Shown: piece after piece, positions 37,972 through 48,244 of the stretch
How the letters are laid out: every line of letters begins with the position of its first letter
Numbering within the stretch: the stretch's first letter is position 1
Assembly: GCA_023270155.1 (NCBI GenBank)
Contig: JAGLTB010000040.1
Span: 5,644-69,643, forward strand
Length of the DNA stretch: 64,000 nucleotides
Direction: 5' to 3'
Origin: Candidatus Heimdallarchaeota archaeon
GTDB lineage: Archaea > Asgardarchaeota > Heimdallarchaeia > Heimdallarchaeales > Heimdallarchaeaceae
Position numbers and translations under genes: made by a program
The notes under the pieces: model-generated
What the model was told of the DNA's origin: nothing
What the model saw: only the letters and a program-made list of their open reading frames with translations
Database searches by the model: none

Positions 37972-38673
37972 TCATTTTACTATAGCATTCTTTTTGAAAA
38001 AATTGTCAAGTGTCCTTGTCTCTTCAGGTTTTTCCAAAACATCTTCATAGAATTTCTTCTCAATATTCATATTAGCTTTCTTCATAACATACTTTGGAAT
38101 GAAACGATGGAACAATCGTTTATTCAATCTCTGCTCCAAAAACTGTGTTTCATAGTATTGTTCCCATAGAAAATCACCATCCTCAAGTAAAAACTCTACA
38201 GGTAATCGTTCAGTTAGAATTTTATCTGCAAATTCACGTATTTGATGAATTAGGATTTTTTCATCTTGCTCTTTGAATTCAGGTATGATTAAGATATCTG
38301 TTCTTTCTGTAGCAAGATAATTATCATTTGGAGTAATAACTAGGATGATGAAATTACCAAATCTCTTTGCTAGAGATTTAGCTATTAAATGCCCTGTTTT
38401 ATGATCAGGGTGACATTTTCCTACAAGAAGCATTTCAGGTAATGGTTTTAATCTGATATAAGCTGACAGTTGATGGATTTCACGTAGAACTGCGTTTGCT
38501 CTTCTTTTTATCAACTTGCCTAATATGGTGCATCCAGTTGTTATCTCATGTGGACTTGATTGATATAACTCATTAGCTTTGAGGACAAAATCTTCTGTGG
38601 TTTTTATGTGTAAGCATGCTGCTTGGAAATATTCTCTTGCTGAGCGATCACATATAAATGACGTTTTTTTCAC
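37972..38673 (-). CDS. UDG-like DNA-metabolism protein partner of the radical SAM DNA repair protein (TIGR03915-like), tentative
   Basis: 4-nt overlap with the upstream radical SAM gene. Size (233 aa) and genomic context fit the partner family. A CHPDH motif is present. Confidence 0.35.
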   Translation of the reverse strand: MKKTSFICDRSAREYFQAACLHIKTTEDFVLKANELYQSSPHEITTGCTILGKLIKRRANAVLREIHQLSAYIRLKPLPEMLLVGKCHPDHKTGHLIAKSLAKRFGNFIILVITPNDNYLATERTDILIIPEFKEQDEKILIHQIREFADKILTERLPVEFLLEDGDFLWEQYYETQFLEQRLNKRLFHRFIPKYVMKKANMNIEKKFYEDVLEKPEETRTLDNFFKKNAIVK

Positions 38674-39842
38674 TTCCCTTTAGTTTTCGTAAAATTATCT
38701 AATGTTAGCTGAGTTTTTTCTCCTATTGTAAGAAATGGAAGAGCTCTCTTGAGAACAACTCCAATTGACTTCAATTGTTGAGTTTTTGTGATTTTAACTC
38801 CTTGATTCTGTAATTTGATAATTCTATTTGCTGAAAGTTGTCCAATTCCTGGAACCCTCATTAAATCCATATATTTACAATCATTGATATCTATTGGAAA
38901 AAAATCGTGATTTCTTCTTGCTAGAGTAATTTTTGGATCTTCCTTCAGTGGAATGAATCCTTCGTCATTAACTATTGTCATGAGTTCTTTTGAAGTAAAT
39001 TTATAGATTCTTCGTAACCAATCTATCTGGTAAAGTCTATGTTCTCTTTGAAAGAATGAACGAGGAAGAGATTTCTGCCTACTATCTATTGGAAGACAAG
39101 TAGAATAGTATTGTCTTTTGAAGTTCCAGTTTGTTGTATAAAAATCAAAGATACTCTCAAGTATCTCTTTGTCAGTTTCAGATGCAGCTCCTATTACATA
39201 TTGAGTAGTATATCCTGCAGGAATATGCCCTCGAGATTGGAGATCAGGAAGCCATTTTGTTACTCTGAGTATATCATTCTGATAATCTTTGGTTGAACAT
39301 GTTTCTGCAAATCGGATTTTATTTGGAAGTTCAACATTTATACTCACTCTGTCAGCTAGCTCTGCTATGCGTTTGAGATTATCTAAGTTTATTCCAGGTA
39401 AAACTTTAGCATGTATATAGCCATCAAATCCATATTTTAGCCGGAGGAGTTCTAGTGTTTCATGCATAATCTCTGCTTGACATTCAGCACTTTTTCCTAC
39501 TCCAGAACTAATAAACAGTCCTTCAATATAATTTCTTAAATAAAATCCAATAGTTAATTGTGCTAATTCCTCTGGTTCGAAAGAAGTAGAAACTCTCTTC
39601 TTTCCCTTTATGTTTGAAGTTGAATTTACACAGTAAGCACAATCGTGTATACATTGATTTGTAATCAAAATCTTGAGTAGACTAATGCATCTACCATCTG
39701 GAAGAAACGAATGACAAACTCCGCTTGCAGCTGCACGACCTAATAAACCAGGAGTATGAGCCCTTGGAGAAGCCGTTGATGCGCACAAGTCGTATTTAGC
39801 TGCTTCTCCTAATATGCGAAGTTTTTCTAGTATACTAGGCAC
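38670..39842 (-). CDS. putative DNA modification/repair radical SAM protein with C-terminal HhH domain
   Basis: CIHDCAYC (CxxxCxxC) radical SAM motif. C-terminal MDLMRVPGIGQLSANRII is a helix-hairpin-helix. Confidence 0.55.
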   Translation of the reverse strand: MPSILEKLRILGEAAKYDLCASTASPRAHTPGLLGRAAASGVCHSFLPDGRCISLLKILITNQCIHDCAYCVNSTSNIKGKKRVSTSFEPEELAQLTIGFYLRNYIEGLFISSGVGKSAECQAEIMHETLELLRLKYGFDGYIHAKVLPGINLDNLKRIAELADRVSINVELPNKIRFAETCSTKDYQNDILRVTKWLPDLQSRGHIPAGYTTQYVIGAASETDKEILESIFDFYTTNWNFKRQYYSTCLPIDSRQKSLPRSFFQREHRLYQIDWLRRIYKFTSKELMTIVNDEGFIPLKEDPKITLARRNHDFFPIDINDCKYMDLMRVPGIGQLSANRIIKLQNQGVKITKTQQLKSIGVVLKRALPFLTIGEKTQLTLDNFTKTKGK

Positions 39843-40005
39843 TTAAACTCACTAATAATAGTGTTCTTGATATAAAAACCAATCAAAAAACTCTCAGAAG
39901 AATTTTCAATATGTCTTCTTCCTTGAAAAACAACAAAATAGGAAATTTTAAAACTAATACTTTGTTTGAGAGATTAACCAACGAGATGTCGAAAGGAATC
40001 GTTAG

Positions 40006-40644
40006 GTGATTAAGATGACAAAAAGTATGTATAGATATATTGGAGAGTTTTGGAGGAATCGCAATTCTCCTGAGTTTAAAGCTTTGATGAGAGAGAGAAT
40101 CATTCAGTGGAGAAGAGAGGGAGCTATTGAACGAGTTGAGAGACCCACACGACTTGATAGAGCTCGAGCCCTTGGATACAGAGCTAAACAAGGTTATGTA
40201 GTTGTTCGTGCACGTGTCCGAAGAGGCGGAAGGAGAAAACAAAGACCAGTAAGAGGAAGAAAATCTAGAAATCTTGGTGTGAGAAAAATAACTCCTAAGA
40301 AGAGCATTAAGTTGATTGCAGAGGAAAGAGCTGCTCGTAAGTATAGTAACTTGGAAGTTTTGAATTCTTATTGGGTAGGTCAAGATGGAAGAAGTAAATT
40401 TTTCGAAATTATACTAATAGATCCACAGCATCCAGTTATCGCAAATGATCCTAGAACAAGCTGGGTTTCCATTAAAGAGTATAGAGGGGACGAAGTTTTC
40501 TATATGAAAAATCCTATTCATAGAGGTAGAGTACATAGAGGTTTAACAAGTTCAGGTAGAAAAGGAAGAGGTCTCCATAACAGAGGGTTTGGAGCAGAGA
40601 AAAACAGACCTTCACTAAGAAGACACAAACGTAGAGGAAACTAG
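40006..40644 (+). CDS. rpl15e: ribosomal protein L15e
   Basis: Near-collinear with archaeal L15e: [33 protein letters not shown]...[21 protein letters not shown]. Confidence 0.85.
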   Translation: MIKMTKSMYRYIGEFWRNRNSPEFKALMRERIIQWRREGAIERVERPTRLDRARALGYRAKQGYVVVRARVRRGGRRKQRPVRGRKSRNLGVRKITPKKSIKLIAEERAARKYSNLEVLNSYWVGQDGRSKFFEIILIDPQHPVIANDPRTSWVSIKEYRGDEVFYMKNPIHRGRVHRGLTSSGRKGRGLHNRGFGAEKNRPSLRRHKRRGN

Positions 40645-40680
40645 TTTTTCTTCTTTTTTCTATTCTAAAGAGGTTGCAGT

Positions 40681-41133
40681 ATGGATATTACAATTACCAA
40701 GCTTGTGATTACTTTTTCTGTACATGCTACTGAAGATTTGGAAAAAAACATGGAATCATTAAGTAATATTATTCCAGATGGAATCTTAGAACAAATGGAA
40801 GTTAACATTGATGAGCTTGAAGGAGGGTATCAGAATCCAATTGATTTTGTTAGTATCTCTTTCACAAAAACTAACACGATTGAAAAAATCCTTAGAAATT
40901 TCTCATCCATCATTCCCAATGAAGAAAAATCAAAGCTAGGGATTGAATTTGATGAAAGATTTGACCAGAAGAATAACATGTTCTATATTAGGTTAGATAA
41001 AGAAGAGCTTTTTCATGGTAAGGTTTCAATAACATCGTCAGCAAATATTGTAAAATTAGCAATGAAGATGAGAGCTTTTACTAAAGATGTCAATTTCCGG
41101 GAATTCCTAATTGAAAAAAATTTACTAAATTAG
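40681..41133 (+). CDS. UPF0201/COG1931-like predicted RNA-binding protein, tentative
   Basis: 150 aa, N-terminal VHATEDLEK pattern. Located beside rpl15e, as the family is in exosome-superoperon neighbourhoods. Confidence 0.35.
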   Translation: MDITITKLVITFSVHATEDLEKNMESLSNIIPDGILEQMEVNIDELEGGYQNPIDFVSISFTKTNTIEKILRNFSSIIPNEEKSKLGIEFDERFDQKNNMFYIRLDKEELFHGKVSITSSANIVKLAMKMRAFTKDVNFREFLIEKNLLN

Positions 41134-41309
41134 AACCACAACGCTTCCACTATCTTATGACAGAAAGTTTTTAAGTTGGGAAAGGGAAAAAAGATTAGTT
41201 ACAGAGGAATAAGGATGGATCGCGAAATTCGCTAATAAAGAGACTCTTTTAAAATACCATCATAGCGTGCCTCATCAATTCAGTAACAAAGATTTTGGAG
41301 TAGATTATT

Positions 41310-44300
41310 TTGGAAAATAAGAATCAGATATTTGAATCTGTTAAGGCATTACCTGTTTTTACAGAAGAAGAAGAAAAAATATTAGAGTTCTGGGAAAAGA
41401 AGAAGATCTTTGATAAAGCTCGAAAATTACGACACGAAGGACCTCTTTTCAGATGGCTGGAAGGTCCCCCTACTGCAAATGGTCTTCCTCATATTGGTCA
41501 CGCTTTGACAAGAGCTATCAAAGATGTATTTTTGCGACACAAATCAATGCATGGATATAACATTGTTCCTTGGATAGCGGGATGGGATTGTCATGGACTT
41601 CCTGTTGAACTTGAAGTCGAAAAAGAGCTAGGATTCACTGATAAATCTCAGATTGAAGAATTTGGTTTAAGTAAATTCAATGAAGCTTGCAGAAAATCTG
41701 TATTCAAATATGTCAAAGAATGGCATGATATGTCCAAGAGAATAGGTTTCTGGCTTGATCTTGACAATCCATATGTAACTATGGAAGAGAATTACGTAGA
41801 AAGCGTATGGTGGTCTTTGAAAGAGATATACAATAAAGGATTAATGTATAAGGGACATAAGGTTGTTCCATATTGTCCAAGATGCGGAACACCATTATCA
41901 CAAGCAGAAGTTGGACAAGGAATGATGGAAACAACAGATCCTTCAGTGCATGTGAAATTTAAGTCATTGGAATTCGAAGATACATATTATTTAGCCTGGA
42001 CAACTACACCATGGACTTTGATATCAAATGTTTGTTTAACTTTACATCCAGATGTAGAGTATGTTCAAGTTGAATTTAATGGAGAGAAACTCATCTTAGC
42101 TGAAGCTATAGCTGAAGAATTATTAGTTGACTATACCGTACTTCAGAGATTTAAAGGAAAAGATCTTGAATACAATAAGTACGAACAACTTTTCCCCTTT
42201 ATTGTCCCTGAGGAGGAGGCTTTTTACGTAACTCTAGCAAACTATGTTACCACAGAAGAAGGAACAGGTGTAGTTCATTCAGCTCCTGCTTTTGGAGAAG
42301 ATGATGCAGAAATAGGAAAGAAATACGGACTTCCTGTTATGAACCCAGTTCTAGAAGATGGAACTTTCTCTGAAGATATAACAGATTTTTCAGGCTTGTT
42401 CGTTAAGAAAGCAGATCCTAAAATTATGAAGAATCTAGAAGAAAGAGGACTATTATTCAAGAAAGGTACATACAAGCATACTTACCCCTTCTGCTATCGG
42501 TGTGATGGTCCTTTACTTTACTATTCAACTGAATCCTGGTTTATTGAAATGTCCAAAATGAGAAAGCAATTGGTAGCGAATAATAACAAGATACGCTGGC
42601 AACCTGTCCATCTTAAGGAAGGAAGATTTGGTAACTTCATAAAAGAAGCAAGAGATTGGGCTCTCTCAAGAAACAGATTCTGGGGAACCCCCCTACCTAT
42701 CTGGATTTGTAGTAATGATCATAGAACAGTGATAGGAAGTTTAGAAGAACTCAAAACTTTGTACGGAAAACCACTGCATGATGACTTCAGCTTACATAGA
42801 CCATGGGTAGATGAAATAACTTTCAAGTGCCCAGAATGTGATGATATATGTGAGCGAGTACCGTATGTAGTTGATCCTTGGTATGATTCTGGAAGTGCTC
42901 CTTTTGCTCAATATCATTATCCATTTGAGAATAAGGAGTTGTATAATGAGCATTTTCCCTATGATTTCATCACAGAAGCTATTGACCAAACACGTGGTTG
43001 GTTCTATACTTTGCTTGCTATAAGTACTATCTTATTCGATAAACCAGCTTTCATGAGCTGTTTAACGATGGGACATACACTAGACGAGAAAGGTAAAAAA
43101 ATGAGTAAAAGTAAGGGGAATGTTATTTTTACTGAAGATGTAATCTCAAAGTATGGAGCTGATGCGGTAAGATGGTTCTTATTTTCATATCCCACATGGA
43201 ATAGTATACGAGTAGATGAGAAACAGATATATGAAACAATGAAGAAATTCATACTTACTCTTTGGAATAGTTATAGTTTCTTTGTATCTAACTCAAATGT
43301 GGATCAGTTTGATAAAGAAGCATTCTTTGTACCTCTAAAAGAGAGACCAGAGCTTGATAAATGGCTGATAAGTGAAGTCAATTATCTAATAGAAGCAGTA
43401 AATAAGGCACTTGAAAATATGACAGTGCATATAGCTGTTGAAGCTTTTGAGAAGTTTGTAATAGATAAATTCAGCAATTGGTACCTTCGTCAATCTCGTC
43501 GTCGATTTTGGAAAGATGAACTAGATTTAGATAAAAAATCTGCTTACATAACAACCTATGAGGTTTTAGCAACAATGTCTAAAATACTTGCACCATTTAT
43601 ACCATTCATATCTGAGCAATTATTCCAAAATCTTGTAAAAAGATTGAATCCAGATGAACCTGAAAGCATTCATTTGTGTATGTATCCTACCTTTAACAAA
43701 AAACAAACTGATTCAGAATTATCCAAAGACATGAATGCTGTGCTTTCACTTGTAACTACTGGAAGAAGTATCAGATCATCCGCGAATATAAAACTTAGAC
43801 AACCGTTGTCAGAGTTAGTTATAATAGCTCCAATTGGTAAAGAGAAATTGATAGAGAAATATAACAACGTGCTCAAAGAAGAACTTAATGTCAAAAAAGT
43901 TACTTTGCAAGAAACTTCAGATGAACTTGTCAATTATCAAATAACTCCAAATTTCAAAGTCTTAGCACCAAAAGTAAAATCAGAAATTAATAACATTGGA
44001 AAACATTTGAGCCAATTGGATCCACAGATAGCAAGTGATTATGTTAAGCTGTTATCTGAAGGCAAAGATTTCACTTTGAAAATTGATGATAAGAAATATA
44101 CGATGACATCAGAAGATGTTAAATATAAAATAGAAGTTCTTGAAGGATTTACTGGAGAAGAATCAGAAGGATATCTCCTTCTATTTAATACAACAATAAC
44201 TGAAGAACTAAAACGGGAAGGTTATGTGAGAGATGTTATTCGACGTATTCAAACAATGAGAAAAGAGTTGGATCTCGAATACACACAAAACATACAATTA

Positions 44301-44468
44301 ACAATCAAAGCTGATGAATTCGGATCTGATGCAATTGAAGAGTTCAGAGATTTCATAATGAGTGAAACACTAAGTAGTGAGCTTAGAGAAAAACAACCGA
44401 CTGAAGGTCATGTTAAAGAATGGGAATTTGATGGATATAAAGTTTCAATAGGCATTGTGCCTATATAG
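41310..44468 (+). CDS. ileS: isoleucyl-tRNA synthetase
   Basis: HIGH motif PHIGHALT and KMSKS motif KMSKSKGN. 1052 aa with an editing-domain-sized insertion. Confidence 0.9.
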   Translation: MENKNQIFESVKALPVFTEEEEKILEFWEKKKIFDKARKLRHEGPLFRWLEGPPTANGLPHIGHALTRAIKDVFLRHKSMHGYNIVPWIAGWDCHGLPVELEVEKELGFTDKSQIEEFGLSKFNEACRKSVFKYVKEWHDMSKRIGFWLDLDNPYVTMEENYVESVWWSLKEIYNKGLMYKGHKVVPYCPRCGTPLSQAEVGQGMMETTDPSVHVKFKSLEFEDTYYLAWTTTPWTLISNVCLTLHPDVEYVQVEFNGEKLILAEAIAEELLVDYTVLQRFKGKDLEYNKYEQLFPFIVPEEEAFYVTLANYVTTEEGTGVVHSAPAFGEDDAEIGKKYGLPVMNPVLEDGTFSEDITDFSGLFVKKADPKIMKNLEERGLLFKKGTYKHTYPFCYRCDGPLLYYSTESWFIEMSKMRKQLVANNNKIRWQPVHLKEGRFGNFIKEARDWALSRNRFWGTPLPIWICSNDHRTVIGSLEELKTLYGKPLHDDFSLHRPWVDEITFKCPECDDICERVPYVVDPWYDSGSAPFAQYHYPFENKELYNEHFPYDFITEAIDQTRGWFYTLLAISTILFDKPAFMSCLTMGHTLDEKGKKMSKSKGNVIFTEDVISKYGADAVRWFLFSYPTWNSIRVDEKQIYETMKKFILTLWNSYSFFVSNSNVDQFDKEAFFVPLKERPELDKWLISEVNYLIEAVNKALENMTVHIAVEAFEKFVIDKFSNWYLRQSRRRFWKDELDLDKKSAYITTYEVLATMSKILAPFIPFISEQLFQNLVKRLNPDEPESIHLCMYPTFNKKQTDSELSKDMNAVLSLVTTGRSIRSSANIKLRQPLSELVIIAPIGKEKLIEKYNNVLKEELNVKKVTLQETSDELVNYQITPNFKVLAPKVKSEINNIGKHLSQLDPQIASDYVKLLSEGKDFTLKIDDKKYTMTSEDVKYKIEVLEGFTGEESEGYLLLFNTTITEELKREGYVRDVIRRIQTMRKELDLEYTQNIQLTIKADEFGSDAIEEFRDFIMSETLSSELREKQPTEGHVKEWEFDGYKVSIGIVPI

Positions 44469-44540
44469 CTTTTTCTCTGAGACGGATACTCACAACTCCT
44501 AAAAGGTAACAGATAAAAACTGAAAACATTCAATACTAAA

Positions 44541-44599
44541 TGGCGATGATTTAACCGTCCCAGACTGACATTGTGATGTTCTCACGACTAAATGAGCCA
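44541..44599 (+). ncRNA. candidate C/D box sRNA (imperfect boxes)
   Basis: Terminal stem TGGC/GCCA. C box gcGATGA (one mismatch). 15-nt spacer. D' CTGA. 3-nt linker. C' GTGATGt. 12-nt spacer. D box aTGA (one mismatch). Confidence 0.3.
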
Positions 44600-44696
44600 A
44601 AATTTTTACGAAAAACTCAGAAGATCATTGAATTTTATTTTCTATTTTGTACACTTTGATGTAAAATCTTAATTACTAACTGGTTCAATCAATATT

Positions 44697-46262
44697 GTGA
44701 GCATTAGAGAAACTGAACACATTGAAGTCCTATATCATCAACCTGGACATCTTAAAGGTGTTACTAGAATAGAAGAGATAGAAGACTACATTTTTACGGG
44801 TGGGGAAGATGGGAGAATTTGTATTTGGGATTCGAATCTCAATGATGAAATAGGATGTTTATACGCTCACAAATTCTCAATTAATGACATTCAGAAACTA
44901 AATGATGAAGAAATCCTAGTCACTGCTTCGAATGACTTAGAATTAAAACTCTGGTCTCTAAAGGATTTCTCGTTGATTCTCTCTAAAAAGGCTCATTCTT
45001 CAGCAATCATAGGAGGAAAACCTTGGAGGAATTACGTAATTAGCGCAAGTAGAGATCATATGATTAAGAAATGGAAATTCAAGGATGGTAAATTAATAGA
45101 AGAGAATCGAACAAAATTCCCAGGTATGGAGAAATTCTTTCTTTGTGGAGATTTGATTGTAATTACCGATCAAAATGGATTAATGTCCATTCTTAACGCT
45201 GAAGATTTTTCTAAGTTCAGATATAATGCAATAGATAAGAAGAAACTGATTAGAGCTATTAAGAAGGCTGGAAAATACATAAAGGATTTTGAGAACCAAG
45301 ATTCCCACACTATCCTCTTTAATATGGTTAGAAGATATGGGATTCCTTCAACAGTTTGTACCACAACTGAAGATCTCTTCATCTTAGGTCATCAATTTGG
45401 TTTAGTATCTTTCTGGAAAAGGGATAATGGTAAATTATTCGAAACTCTTTTCCTTCATAGCAAACACATTACAGGCATTGGATTTCTGGGAAGCAAATTA
45501 ATCACAATTTCCTTAGATTCTACTGTTGTAATTTCCGACATAGATACTGCTACACCTATTAAATCAGTAAAACTCCCATCACGTCCTTTGTCTTTAAAGA
45601 AATCAACAAATGGATTAATAATTATTGGCTTGGAATCAGGGGAGATTGCAGTTCTTAACCATCAATTAGAGATTACCAGAACACTACCTAAAATAGTTCC
45701 AATCTCAAGCTCTTGCATAACACCAGATTTCCTTGCTTTAGCTTTCAGTAATGGTGAGATTCAATTATTGAATAATACTAATCTGAAGAGTGTCATCAAG
45801 AAGAAGATTCATAACAAAACACCCCTTTCAATTAGCTATTATAAGAATCGTTTGATAACTGTAGGTGAGGATAAACAAATCTATTTTCTAGATAAAGAAT
45901 TATATGTAACAAAAACAATTCAACTAACGGTGAATCCTACTCAACCAAAACAAGCAAAACACTATATAGCCATAAATTCAAACCATGTTTTGGATTTGAA
46001 CAAAGATGAAATAATAAAGGGGGAAATATCCAGAGAAACGGAGAGGGAATTAGAAGATGAATTCTTTCCTAAATATAAATATCAAAACGGTGATCTTTCA
46101 ATTTTAATCTATAAACAGAGTTTGGAAGAAACAGAAAATAATAAAATATCGGAATTTTATGAAGAAGAAGTTTTAGAGTCTTTTGGAAAACTAGTTAAAT
46201 CAAGTGGAAATAGAAAATACATCAAAACAACGGATTTAACAGTATTACGTTTGAAAAACTGA
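44697..46262 (+). CDS. WD40-repeat beta-propeller protein (two propellers likely)
   Basis: Repeated GH..WD-like units (GGEDGRICIWD, ASNDLELKLWS, ASRDHMIKKWK ...) across 521 aa. GTG start. Confidence 0.65.
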   Translation: MSIRETEHIEVLYHQPGHLKGVTRIEEIEDYIFTGGEDGRICIWDSNLNDEIGCLYAHKFSINDIQKLNDEEILVTASNDLELKLWSLKDFSLILSKKAHSSAIIGGKPWRNYVISASRDHMIKKWKFKDGKLIEENRTKFPGMEKFFLCGDLIVITDQNGLMSILNAEDFSKFRYNAIDKKKLIRAIKKAGKYIKDFENQDSHTILFNMVRRYGIPSTVCTTTEDLFILGHQFGLVSFWKRDNGKLFETLFLHSKHITGIGFLGSKLITISLDSTVVISDIDTATPIKSVKLPSRPLSLKKSTNGLIIIGLESGEIAVLNHQLEITRTLPKIVPISSSCITPDFLALAFSNGEIQLLNNTNLKSVIKKKIHNKTPLSISYYKNRLITVGEDKQIYFLDKELYVTKTIQLTVNPTQPKQAKHYIAINSNHVLDLNKDEIIKGEISRETERELEDEFFPKYKYQNGDLSILIYKQSLEETENNKISEFYEEEVLESFGKLVKSSGNRKYIKTTDLTVLRLKN

Positions 46263-46304
46263 GAGATTTTTATAAAAATCAAAAAAATCTAGTCTTGATT
46301 TTAA

Positions 46305-46796
46305 CTATGGTTTCTCCTTAAGATATTTGTCAAATTTCACATCAGGTGTTTCCAACCAACCTGAACGCAAAATTGGATCAGTATAATCTTCTACAAAAAC
46401 TACTCTTTTTATTCCTACATTTATGATAGCCATTGTACAACTACTGCATGGTCTTGTTGTTGTATAAAGGGTGGTTCCTTCAGGGCTAAAACTAGCTGTA
46501 GCTGCCTGTAAAATTGCATTTAATTCCGCATGCACTGCAGGGCACAACTCATTTTTTTCACCAGATTCCTCATAGAGTTTTGTACAGTTTGCTTTTGTAC
46601 AATGTTTTATGCTTCTTGGAACTCCATTATAGCCTGTTGAAACAATCTGTCTCTTATCATTAACTAAAACCGCTCCAACTTGCCTTCTTATACAAGTTGA
46701 TCTTGTTTTTACAATCTCTGCAATTTGAATGAAATAGCTATCCCAAGAAGGTCTTTTTGTATCAATAATATTTTGAGAATCTTCTTTTTTTATCAT
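46305..46796 (-). CDS. dCMP/cytidine deaminase
   Basis: Zinc-binding motifs HAELNAI and PCSSC. Confidence 0.7.
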   Translation of the reverse strand: MIKKEDSQNIIDTKRPSWDSYFIQIAEIVKTRSTCIRRQVGAVLVNDKRQIVSTGYNGVPRSIKHCTKANCTKLYEESGEKNELCPAVHAELNAILQAATASFSPEGTTLYTTTRPCSSCTMAIINVGIKRVVFVEDYTDPILRSGWLETPDVKFDKYLKEKP

Positions 46797-46820
46797 TCTA
46801 AAAGAAAAAACAGTTATTAT

Positions 46821-47171
46821 TTAATCAACATTATGGTTAGGACTAACTAATGCAGATGCATATTTTTTGGCCTTATTGATTAAACCTGTTACGAATAAGG
46901 GAAGGATCAAGATTTCTGTTCCATCAACTTCTGTAATCATTGCTATAGATATCATCAGATAAGACAGAGACTTGCTGCTACAACGAACTAGACCTATGCT
47001 TTTCTCATCATTATAATCTTCAAAGAATAATCCTGCGTCAGTTGTACCTTCTAGACCATACAATCTTTGATACATTGACCAGATATTTCTTTTCAAATCC
47101 ACAATTTCGGTTTTTGTGTCGTCGGGAAGAATCTTAAAGACCACATATCTATCTCTTTCAATTGTAACCAT
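46821..47171 (-). CDS. rnp2: RNase P protein subunit Pop5 (Rnp2)
   Basis: 116 aa with an RYVVFKILPDD start typical of the Pop5 family. Adjacent to an Rpp30-like gene. Confidence 0.5.
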   Translation of the reverse strand: MVTIERDRYVVFKILPDDTKTEIVDLKRNIWSMYQRLYGLEGTTDAGLFFEDYNDEKSIGLVRCSSKSLSYLMISIAMITEVDGTEILILPLFVTGLINKAKKYASALVSPNHNVD

Positions 47172-48019
47172 TATCCAGAAACCTCCTTAACTCCTTCAAA
47201 GACGTAATTTTCGTGTAGCTTGATTGTATTATCTACTAAAGAGGATAATTGATAGTCAAACACGGCAAATTTAGATTTATTAAAAGGCACCCCCAATAAT
47301 TCACCAATATATCTAAGTTGTTTACCTGTTCTCATTTGTAAGGGAGTCTGAGGACACATAGTAAAGATGAATGGTGCGTTGTAAGATAATATTAATTTCA
47401 TAATTTTCTTTCCAGTTCTAACTATTCTACTAAAGTCCTTATTAGTATCAGAAAAAAGTAGGGGGGATAGAATAATTTCAAAACATTTACCATTTTGTTT
47501 TACCAGAGAGCATAGAGCATTATCTATGATAGAAGGTTTACCTCGTAAATCTATACTTATGTAATCTAGCCTTCTATCATGAGCAACCCATTTCAATAAA
47601 TCTTTATTATCACTATTAACTGAAATAATCTCATACTGCTTTCTATTCTTAGTAATAGCATGCATCAATTTATCTTTTGTTGATTCAGATAACGTTTTTC
47701 TAGTAGCTATAATTATAGATTTACTTTCTTCTGTTATCAGAAATTTGTTGAATCCCTCTTTGATTTTCTCATTGCTAATTTGTTTATTTTTCAGTTGCTC
47801 ATAGACAAAACTTGGAGAAAAAACATTGTACGGATGACCTTCAATATTTTTTATCAGGGTATTTCTTTCACTAATTGTTACATTTTCGAAACACAAAAGT
47901 AGCACTGACAACTGATTAGCTATTTCACAGAAGTTTTCTATTGAACTTGTTTGATCTAAGGAGATAAAATTCTCACTAGAAGAAGAAATACTAAAAGAAA
48001 AATCTTTGTCCTTCTGCAT
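47171..48019 (-). CDS. rnp3: RNase P protein subunit Rpp30 (Rnp3)-like, with N-terminal extension
   Basis: TIM-barrel-like pattern, including ILSYNAPFIFTMCPQTPLQMRTGKQLRYIGELLGV. Conserved pairing with Pop5. Confidence 0.45.
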   Translation of the reverse strand: MQKDKDFSFSISSSSENFISLDQTSSIENFCEIANQLSVLLLCFENVTISERNTLIKNIEGHPYNVFSPSFVYEQLKNKQISNEKIKEGFNKFLITEESKSIIIATRKTLSESTKDKLMHAITKNRKQYEIISVNSDNKDLLKWVAHDRRLDYISIDLRGKPSIIDNALCSLVKQNGKCFEIILSPLLFSDTNKDFSRIVRTGKKIMKLILSYNAPFIFTMCPQTPLQMRTGKQLRYIGELLGVPFNKSKFAVFDYQLSSLVDNTIKLHENYVFEGVKEVSG

Positions 48020-48244
48020 GTTTTCTCCTCTTTAAACAACAAAATTGTTTATTCCACTCTTCAAAAACTTTCTCTCTTTGTAGTCTTTCACATTAGAATC
48101 ATATTTAACAAAAAACATTAAATATGTTGTTTCCGACCTTGCATAAAATCCAAAAGCCAAAAATTAATAAACTGCTTGACAAACACTCCTTCGTCACTGT
48201 GTAAACGTGGAAAAGAAGTAAAATTACCTCGGAGAAGAAAAACA

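Noticed and set aside
37972-38673. Possible PIG-L/LmbE deacetylase assignment based on a CHPDH motif
   Set aside because: It lacks the full AHPDDE signature and the other conserved His/Asp positions. Its context next to the radical SAM DNA-repair gene favours the UDG-like partner interpretation, itself held with low confidence.
39883-40383. 166-aa Ser-rich ORF on the minus strand
   Set aside because: It is fully antisense to the well-supported L15e gene, has low-complexity composition and no motif. It is a shadow ORF.
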